Assembly: GCA_905178155.1 (NCBI GenBank) | Contig: CAJINV010000013.1 | Span: forward strand, 734,344-798,343 | DNA: 64,000 nucleotides | Reading direction: 5' to 3' | DNA from: Amoebophrya sp. A120 | Lineage: Eukaryota > Protista > Dinoflagellata | Shown here: one piece after another, positions 50,867-60,600 of the stretch | Layout: every line of letters starts with the position of its first letter | Numbering within the stretch: the first letter of the stretch is position 1 | Notes under the pieces: generated by a model | Databases searched by the model: none | What the model was told of the DNA's origin: nothing | The model's input: the letters and a program-made list of their open reading frames with translations, nothing else | Program-made: the position numbers and the translations under genes

Positions 50867-53798
50867 ATGTCCATGATGACCCACGAACTCATATATTGTA
50901 GTGAAGTAAACGACCAAACTTTCCGAACTGGAATCGACGAAAAAACTAAGTACGAAAGCAACGAATATCAATACCAAAGATGCCCTAGTAAGTTATGCAT
51001 TCCTTGCACAAGCCACGTCGATTCTATTCTTGTCTGGAACGGAAAAACAAAAATCTATACTAAGTGGGCAAATCCAATCTCATGCAAAACGAAAAACGTA
51101 ATATATGCAATGCAGTGCACCCACTGTGCTTTGATTTACATAGGCCAAACCAAAAACATGCTTCGCGAGAGGTTTTTCGACCACCGTCAAAAGCTGAACG
51201 AAGCCTACGAAGCACGACTTTGGCAAGATTTTTCTGGAATTAGGAAAAAGCATAGCGCAATACTTTATCATCATTTTGCCCGATGTCCGGGTAGGCCGCG
51301 GGTCATGCCTGTCAACATCACTTCTTCATCTGAGCTTCTCACCGAGCTCGAGGAAAAAATGATGTGCTACGCCCGTTCCTTATTTCCATATGGCCTAAAC
51401 GATAAATACCAAAAGAAGTATATGAAAGTACACTTTGGCTCTTGTTGTGTATTTCAGATTTTTCGTTCCGTGGCCCCAATTTCCAAGAAAAGGTTTCGGG
51501 GTACGCGGAAACCTGCTCGTGCGATAACGGCGCAAGATTTCATGAAGCAGGTGGATGCCATTCGGAAGGCCTCCATCGGTACACAAATGAAAGATTTTGA
51601 TGACAGGTTGCGCGCTTATATTTTTGGGCTTTCATCTTCAGTTTTGAAGTCATTTCTCTCTGATACTAGCCTTAGTTTCAATCTCCAAAAACGAGAACAG
51701 CATGTGCTTTTTGATTTGCTAAAAACTAAGCTTGCCCCTGACGAAAAAGTAAAGCCTAAAAAGAATGGCATAAACATACAGTGTTTCTTTCCTAATAAAG
51801 TTATGGAGTGCTTAAAAATTGAAAGCGCTCTTGCCGACGCTAACAAGGCATTCCCCCTTGCTGGTAGTCGACCTATGTTGGTATACAAATATCCTCCCCC
51901 ATGTAGGTGGATATACTCTTACACAAAAACCTGCAGAAGTAGCACCCTTGATAAGTGGACTAATATAAATTCCTTGCCGTGTTTTTGCAAAAGAAACGAA
52001 TTCAGTAAATATCGATCAATTCCAGGCTCTACAGATCTACGTGAGCATGTAATTACAGGCGACTCGTCGATTTTATGTGAGCCCGCTCTAAACATCGATG
52101 CCAGCCCGGAAGAAGTTTCCAGGCTGGCAGAGATTGTTTCGAGGGGTGCCAAGTTTCGATTTCCAGATGAAGAATTTTCGCAGCCCGAGGATGTAGTAGA
52201 AAAATGCATCCGGTCTCTTTCTTCCGCATTAGAAACATGCAAAACGAAACTGATCGAGAAGAACAAGAAAAGCATTACTAACGAAAAAGTAAAAGAAGTA
52301 GACGCATGGGCTTCGCAAATACTGGAGAAAGCTCGGAGTAACACGGGGGCAGCTCTCGCTTCCTTCGTGCCTTCCGAGAACTTGCAACGACTTCAAGAAA
52401 TAATGAAAAAAGTACATCAGAGGCTAGAGATAGTTTATACTGACAAAGCACCTGCAAGCCCTGCGATTTTATGTAAGCGACATTTTTCCGCCGAGGTTCG
52501 GCGCGAATCTGAAAAAGCTAATATGTATGAAGAAATTAAAAACGTATCTGTGGACGATATTGCAAAGCAAGAGCAGGAAAAGACTAAGCCGATTCATGAA
52601 AAGATCGAAACCCCTCCCAAGCTTCCCTCTGTGGTGCTAATTCCGAAATTGCATAAAGTAGGTATACGCTTTATATGCACGCCCACGAAGCACACAGTGA
52701 CTCACCCGCTTGCGCGGATGGTTTCTGCGTTGCTTGCCCATATCGAAGAGTACGAAAAGAGATACGATAAAACCGGACACCATGTGTTCGGTTAGCCGCG
52801 GTCTTATATTGCAGTTAAAAGCACGGACGAAGCATTGGAATTGCTTCGTAAATTCAAGGCCGAAGTCAAGTCCATCAGTGGCGAAGACTTCGACAAGTTA
52901 TTTGATAATATAGATTTAGACCGGGCCTCTAGTTTAGTTCGACCGCTTATCACAGACATTTTTACCCGCGCTGCAGACAAAAAGGACCCGCAAGCAGTTA
53001 AATACCTAACTTTTTCCAAAAACGGCAAGCATTGCTACATAGCCAAAAAAGCGGTCCGAGTCTCTAGTGTCTTTGACTTTAGAAGAAACCATCGAAGCCT
53101 TCGAATTCATATTACGGAGGCAATTTATACAAATTGGCAAGCGTGTTTTTCGACAGCTATGCGGAGCCCCGATGGGTTCAAGCCCTGCCCCGCGCTTAGC
53201 CAACCTGATTCTTTTTATTTTGGAAAGGGCCTACATCTTGGCCCCAAGCAGGGAAAGGGCTAAGGTGTGGGGGGATAGTTGTTTTCTAGTATTGCGATTC
53301 CTCGACGATGTTTTTTCCTTGAATTTAGACTATGGCGCGCTTGTAAAAATAATTTACCAAGTCCCGGAGGACAAAAAGCTGAAAGCTACTGCGTCAGCAG
53401 TAGTGAGTAATAAACTACCATTTTTAGATATAGAAGTAAAGAAAATGGGACAGAAGATATTTTTAAGTACCTACGACAAGCGAAATTTCTTCGGATTTCG
53501 CATAAATCGGCTCCCACATTGGGAGTCATGCCTTCACGAAAAAACGATTTGCGGCACACTAGTGTCGCAATTTCTCCGTGCGGCGAAGTTAAACGATGGC
53601 GAGCGTGGCCTGCAGGAGCACTTGAAGACGCTTCTAAGGGCTGCGCGGTTTAACTGTTACCCGCTTAGAATTTTGCTCGAAGCTGCCGCCAAATTTCAAA
53701 AGCGCCATGCGTATAAGTTTGTAAAACGACTCCAATGCCTTCATAATTTTGCAGCCCTAATAACTGACATAGATAAAGAGATTAGCGTAGTTGCTTAG
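50867..53798 (+). mobile_element. Penelope-like retroelement, GIY-YIG endonuclease N-terminal to RT; disrupted by an in-frame TAG at 52793-52795 and a frameshift at about 53040-53067
   Basis: CKTKNVIYAMQCTHCALIYIGQT…RERFFDH…YHHF…PYGLN (PLE-type GIY-YIG). RT motifs PKLHK..RFI, DFDKLFDNI, QLCGAPMGS, RFLDD, LPFLDI and YDKR. Confidence 0.92.
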
Positions 53799-53863
53799 TG
53801 ATATCTTAGTAGCTCTTTCTAGCTCCATGCTATAGCTTATTTATACATAGTTATACTCTTCTT

Positions 53864-54010
53864 AACCTGGTCACGCCTAAGGCGGGCAGGTTTCCCTCAT
53901 CCCCTTGGGGGTATCTCTCTCTTCCTCTCTTCCTCTCTCTACCCACAGTCACGCCAAAGGCGGGCTGTGTTTTCGACATGGAAGTCACGCCAAATGGCGG
54001 GCTAAATGTC
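53864..54010 (+). repeat. Three conserved hairpins with core GTCACGCC(n3-4)GGCGGGC
   Basis: At 53864-53892, 53944-53969 and 53975-54010; the core is shared while the outer stems differ but still pair. Confidence 0.85.
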
Positions 54011-54036
54011 TCTCCTTCTCATCCAAATAGCAAGGA

Positions 54037-55840
54037 TTGAGTGCTAGCAAGCTCGAAGTATATTATCCAACTTGTCAAAATGTCGATGATACACGCACCA
54101 AAATGATTCCACTTTGCAGTTGTCTTCTGCTTGTTATCTTGGCCTATTTGCCAGCTCGATCGTCCTTCATACTTCGCCGGCCCCGGTACAGCAGAAAAAT
54201 GTTTCCGTCTACAGTCCACAGGCCGAGGCAGGAAAACGAGCCAGGCACCAACACAACAGTTACAGAATCCTCTTCCGTCCTGGTGTTTTCGTTCGTACCA
54301 GAATACATAGCAGGAGCCTTATCTTCAATGAAAGCAGCACAGGCATCGTATGACGCAATTCGAGATTACGGAATGGAGCAACTAGGTTCTTACTACCTCA
54401 GAACAGCAAAGCAGATCCACCACAACGCCACCGAGGCAGCAATTCCGGACGAAATTGAACAACTCCGCCTCAAGCGCTGTGAATCTCTGGCCGAATTTTA
54501 CGACACGCCGTGGTACAAGTTTTCCAGCGGCGACCTCCCATATGACAAAGAAAAGATGCTTGTCGTAACCGCGCCGACGATTTGGCGATACTGTGAAGCA
54601 GTAGAAAAACTGGGCGCGTCGATGTGATTGTCGCGCAAGCCAGCGACTTCATACCTTTGAATAAGTTTCTTTGCAAAGGAAAGAAATCGACAACGGTGGA
54701 GCTACAGATGAAGTTGGGCACTCAGCTCTCAAACAATTGGCGCCAAATCTACGACGCCTACTACGAAATGGGGCCCACCTTCAAAGCATTGACGGAAGAG
54801 CAGAAGAAACTAGTGCCGAGAATGACGCTTCTGAAAATTCCAGTACAAAGATTGAGCGTCTTCCTTCCGTTCACTACGCCAGCGCCTGCAGCGGGGAAAG
54901 GAAAAGGGAAGGGCAAGAAGCATGGAACTACAGCTGCGCAGCAAGGTGCTGCGTCATCGTCTTCTCATACGTCAAAGGGTGGCGGTTCTTTTTCTACTTA
55001 CTTGAACCAGCGACAAGATAACTCTACCCATGCTGCCCCCGCAGGTACCTTGTTGGGGGATAACATAACGTCGAAACTCCAGACGAGAATCCTCATTCAA
55101 AATCCGGAACCGACCAAGCAGCTGATACGGAAGCAGAAAAAGTGCAGCATGATTACAAAAAACAACGAGCGAATAACTCCGCCGAGCTATGCGACGAAGC
55201 GATGCCGCAGGCATCAACTTCTTCTTCCTCCGCCCCACCTGCAGCTTCAAATTCCAGTATCAACGTCGGTAAGTCCGCATCTCACATCCAGCATTCAGAA
55301 ACTAAAGATGGCGCAGCTGGTTCCTCGTCTGCCGGGATGCAGATGCCTTCGTCTACATCTGCCGCGGAGCCAAAATCTTCATCTTCAGATGCGGGCCAGG
55401 AAAAAATCAACGAGATTTTTAAGAACAACAAGGGCCACAGCTTCCACAGAAACAAAAGGCCCCACCCAAGTCCCAGCCCTTCGCCCAACTTCAACAAAAT
55501 CGATGACCGGGCTCAGGGAACAAAAGCGTCTTCTTTTTCTACTGGCGGTAAACCGGCATCCTCCTTCGGAAAAACTTCGGCTCCCCCTGCAAGCGGCAGC
55601 AACAAAATCAACATCAACAGCAAAGGACCAAATAACTTTCAGCATGTAGCTGCATCTTCTTCTCCAGCATTCCACACGCCGCGGGGTGGAGATTTTTCTA
55701 CGAATTCTGGATCAGCAGCTGCATCCTCAAAGAACCAAAATAAGCAGTCTTCCCAGCCCAGCAATGTGTGGAGTATGAATACCCAGCAGTTTCAGTCCCA
55801 GTCCCAGAACCACACCGCCGCCTCTTTTCGACCCCGCTAG
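54037..55840 (+). pseudogene. Apparently intronless, frameshifted ORF downstream of the RT; possible accessory ORF of the retroelement
   Basis: Overlapping ORFs 54037, 54624 and 55142 read as one protein with frameshifts at about 54620 and 55060-55140; no recognised domain. Confidence 0.55.
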
Positions 55841-56312
55841 CCCCGCAGTCCTTGTGCCTTTCTTCCGCTGTCTCCACCTCCGCCGCTCAACCCAAGGTTG
55901 ACGATGACAAGATAGAGGCAGCTCTCTTCAAATATGATTCGATAAATTAACTGAAGTACATGTGTTCTATTCCTCTTCGCAAGCATTTTCACTCGGTGTT
56001 AGTATCGTTTTCTTCAGCTAAAGCTAGTATTTCCGTCTTCTGTCTGAGAGAACATATATTTTTATTTTTGCATGAAGTATGCGTCTTCTTCTGTCTTCTG
56101 AGAGTCCAGAAACCTTTATTTTTGCATGACAGAATGTTGAGCGACTACTTTAATTCTCGAGAGGGTTTCATTCTTTCCTGCCGTTGAGCATCTTACTCTA
56201 CTGCTTCATGAGAGATTTTACATTTCATTACTTCTATTTCTAATGACAAATTTTGCATGACAAACTCAAAAGCACGAGACTCTCCTGGGGATCAACTTTT
56301 AGAAAGCTAAAC

Positions 56313-56329
56313 TTTTTTTTTTTTTTTTT
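56313..56329. repeat. Poly(T)17 tract
   Basis: Directly visible. Confidence 0.9.
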
Positions 56330-57650
56330 GAAAAATGCATCTATTCCTCCTTCACATAAATCCACGAATGTGTAAATTGTTATAACAGGCGCCATCTATG
56401 CAATATCTGTTCATACCATGATCCTCATGAGAGAAAAAAGTAAGTGAGAGACGAGAGCAGCGCTGCGCCGTCTCTTCGCACCCACCGGCTTCATCTTGCG
56501 GAGTTACAAATGGCTGGAGCCGCGGATCATGATCGGTCTGCTCCCCGTAGGCAAACGGGGGGTAGGTTTAGGCCGGCGCTTAAGGCGTAGGTGAAGACGT
56601 TCATCACCAGCAGACCACCAGAACGCAAAAAATGAAACGCTCTGCTCATCCCTTTTCCTCCTCTTCCTTCATTTCTGTCATGCTTATTTTCCTTTCTGCA
56701 CACAGATGCCCTCTATTGCTTTCGCCCCTGAACAATGATTCCGTTTCCAGATTTGAACCAACCCATGAGTGCAAGTTCCACACTATAAATTCTATTTTTC
56801 AAAACAGAAAAAGCTTTCTTAGCGTAGTGCTTTTTATATTTATTTGTAGTTTTATGTTGTTTACTTCAAATGCTATTATTGTTGTAACTCTATTAACATT
56901 CGTGTCGTGGTGTACGTCATGGTCATGATCGGGGTCGTCAAGAACATTGTAGCTCCAGCTTATTCAGGTGCAACAGTTGTCCGTCGTCGTTTCGGATCGG
57001 TATCCTATCAATGTCCTCTCGTTCCTGCTGCTCCGTGAGTTAGTCTACAACGAGCGACGAAACTACAGTGAAGACGAGTTAGTACAGGGTTGTGCTGGTG
57101 TTGATTTTTGTCGTGCTAAGCCGCTAAGAGTCGGAAACGTGATACGATCCGTCGTTGCAAGTAGACTCAACCAGCAAATCGAAAAAAGTTAATCAGGGTC
57201 GTACACAGTAGTAGTACCTCACTCATTTTGATAAAAATAAACGAGCTGAATATTAGTTCGTGACACGTCATTGGGGTGGAATCGGAAAGTCAAAGTGGCT
57301 AGCAAGGAAAAGGGAGGACGAGCTCCAGTAATTTGGTCCACTCTTCGTTGCGAGCCGTAGCCTGTAGACGTAGTCGAGATAATTTTCTTCAACGACGGCT
57401 ACTGTCATGCAACTCAGTCACCCGCCACTGCATACTATTTATTAGTTTAAGTATAATTAGTTAATTTTTTTTCCAATAATTTTTCAATCGACAAGAGAAA
57501 GACAAAAAGCTGAACTCATCGCATCGCCGACGTCCCCTGCTTGTGGTTTTCGAACAGCAGCTGCCTTTCATCTTGCGAATTCTCGCCACGACTCCGTCAC
57601 TCAAACCACAAACCTGCGCCTGGTCTTGCCTCGTATCAAGGAAGACGATC

Positions 57651-60600
57651 ATGAAGAAGTCCTCTTCTCGTTCTCCCTCACCCATGAAAATGGGAGTGGC
57701 GTCGTCCGCATCCTCATCTTCAGTGATGAAAAAGATGACATCGACGACGTCGCCCAAAAATATCCACAGTAAATTTCCCGTACGTGCATCTAGGTACAAA
57801 TGCGGTTCTTTCCGCGTGACAGAACTTGTCTTCGGTCCTGCTTACTACACTTTATCTCTAAGTTGGCGAAATTTACTTGTGAAGATGCATTTTGTACGTT
57901 TACGGGATCGGGAAATTTGTGTTGCATAAAAAATGGCGCAACTACTACATCAAATGGCAACCTCCACCGGCCGGTCCGGTCCTGCCGCACCGATCAACAA
58001 GCGGCCGCTTCGGCATCTTCAAAATCAATGTCGATGTCTATGAAGCAAGCTCCGTCGCCGAAAATGATGCAGCATTCTATGGCGAGCAAGTGCATGAACA
58101 TGAAACAAGCAAAGTTGCCACAGCTCCCGGCAGTACCGATGAAGTCGCCGTCTCCGATGAAGAACTGCTCCGGTGCTGGAACGACATCTGCTACTACTTC
58201 ATCATCTAAACCTGCGAAATTGCCGAGATTACCAGGAGACCACGGTGCATCAAAGCGGTCGGCCTCCAGTGCGATGAAGAAAACTTCCTCTAGTATGGTG
58301 AAGAAAAAACAACTGAAGCGCAGTAATTCCGCCCCCGCGCCGGCGTCGTCGACAAACAAGAAGAAAAGTAGTAACCCCGGAAGTAGGACATCAACAATTT
58401 TGATGAAAAGCAAGCCCGCTAGTCGTGAAAAGGAAAAGATGAACAAAAAATCCGCCTCTTCACCTGGCAGAACAAGTTCTGCCTCTTCTTCGCCAGCTCC
58501 GTCGAAAAGATCGAGTTCGACCCCAAGAAAGGACACAAAAAAACCGACCACCCCCGCACCGAGTGCTGCTAGTAGTGCGGAGAAAAAGAAGAAGTCTTCC
58601 GCATTTTCGCCTGGTGCGATCGCGCCGTTGGTGCAACACCCGGAGGCCAACCACAAGACGAAGCGGCGAGACCAGGTTTTCAAGAATCTCAACGAGGAAC
58701 TCATGAGAGTAATTCCACCTCCTTCGAAAAATAATCTAAATTCCAATTCGGGGGATTCTGCTGCGACTACTTCATCATCATCTACGGGGCCGCGGCAGCA
58801 GCAAAATTTCAGGCATGAACTTCTACAACAAGACGATGATCAAGACGACCCCATGGACGTGGATTCGCACCATGAGAAATTTGCTGCCTTTGCTCTCGAG
58901 GAACCACTTCCGGAAGAACAGGAGGACCGGAAGACGAGCAATTCATCTGTTGCGAAAATCACCAGAGGAGCAGGTCCTGCACCTGCAGTAGCTTCCTCCG
59001 GTAGTAGTTCTAGCTCCTCGAACAAGCGGAGCCGAGGGTTAGCGTTTGATGCCGGCTGTGGAACGCAGGTTGGCGTAACATCTGCTCGGAATAATAAAGC
59101 TAGTCCTGTTTTGGCTTTGCACCCCTCGGATCATCAACAGCACTCCTCTAATATTTTTACGGGAGCTGTTGAGCCAACACCGAAAAAATTGAAGAGCATT
59201 TTGAAGAGTCCGGAGAAGTCCTCTACTTCGAGCGTTGCTCTAGACGGTTTCGTCGGAACGGGAGCGGCTTCATCCTCCTCTTCCTCCGCCGCCGCCGGTG
59301 TTAGAGAACTTGTTCCAGCTTTTGACCCGCCTCAGCGGTCGACGAAAATGAATAATTCATCAACCGCAACTACATTTTCGAAGCAGCAGCAGACCACGAC
59401 ACAACACCTCGCGAACATGAAGTCCGCCTCCTCTCCGTCGAAGTCCAAGTCCCCGCAAAGATCAACCTCGAAATCAAAATCCAAATCGCCGCGAACATCC
59501 TTGGTGGGTACGGCTGCGAAAAACAAGAGCGGCGCTAGCTCATCTGCTGACACGCTTGCCGCACTTGCTGCGCAAGCACAGGCGAAGAAGAAATCGGTGC
59601 AGTTTGTGGAACGTGGTCCGGACGTATCCTCCTGTGCAAATGTATCGTACTCGTATAAATGCTTGCTTTGCATCACAGATCCAGTAGCTTATCTGAATCA
59701 GCATGACAAATTGCATTTTTGCTTTTCGGAAAAAATTGTAATGCGATTTATACTAGTGCGATAGTTTTGCAATGCATAGGACGTTTTCAAATACGATGAT
59801 GTGTACGACGACGGGTACGGAAATCGCCGGGCTTGGTTATGACACCCTCAGAATGGAAATCCTCAAAGTGGAAATAATTTGTGATGCATGAAATGCGACA
59901 CCAAAAAGACTGTATTGCAGAGAACGCAATGGAGGCGGATTATTATGTTTCTACGGGTTCAGAATTGGGCTGCTGATTAGCATGAGAGAAGGGCACCCCT
60001 TTGCTTAACTAGCATGACAGACACGTTTTGAGCGCCCGGGGAATTTGTCATGCGCCGACTAGAAATAGCGCTCCAACTGGAGTCGTTTTTTTGCATTACA
60101 AATCATTTCCACTTTGAGGATTTCCAACCTGAGGCTTTCATATTGGTTCCAAGGACCCTACGAGCACCAACAAACGCAACTGGATTTTTTGGTACACAGA
60201 TTTCTCTTTAATATGCTCTCTTGGAGCAAGAGCAACTACATGCTCTACAGATCATTTCTGGTGGTTGTCACACCTTAACTTGAGCTTGCCCTCGTAGAAG
60301 TACTGCTCGTGCTCCTCCACCTCCTGCTGCCTCTTGCATTAATGCACATTCGTGTGGTGAGGGTGAGCAGCAGGAGCAGCAGCGCTGGGTCTCCTATGGC
60401 CACATTCCGCTTTAGAAGATGAAAACCAAACGGAAAGGTGAAGATTGAACGCATATATAAAATTATACTCCAACACAAACAGTTCGGCTGGCCGGAAGAC
60501 TGGGAGCGGGAACAGGTTTACGAGAAAAACCAGCGCTATGGATGTGTCAGGATCGAAATCGACAAAATCGAAAAACTTGTGATGCATAAAATCGATACCA

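Noticed and set aside
52793-52795. Selenocysteine recoding as in some Naiad elements
   Set aside because: The in-frame stop is TAG, not TGA, and I recognised no SECIS.
56095-56116. Hammerhead ribozyme (ctgagagtccagaaac)
   Set aside because: It lacks the CUGANGA spacing and convincing stems I and III.
57355-57368. Dinoflagellate spliced-leader relic (ccgtagcc)
   Set aside because: Only 8 nt match and the ATTTTGGCTCAAG continuation is absent.
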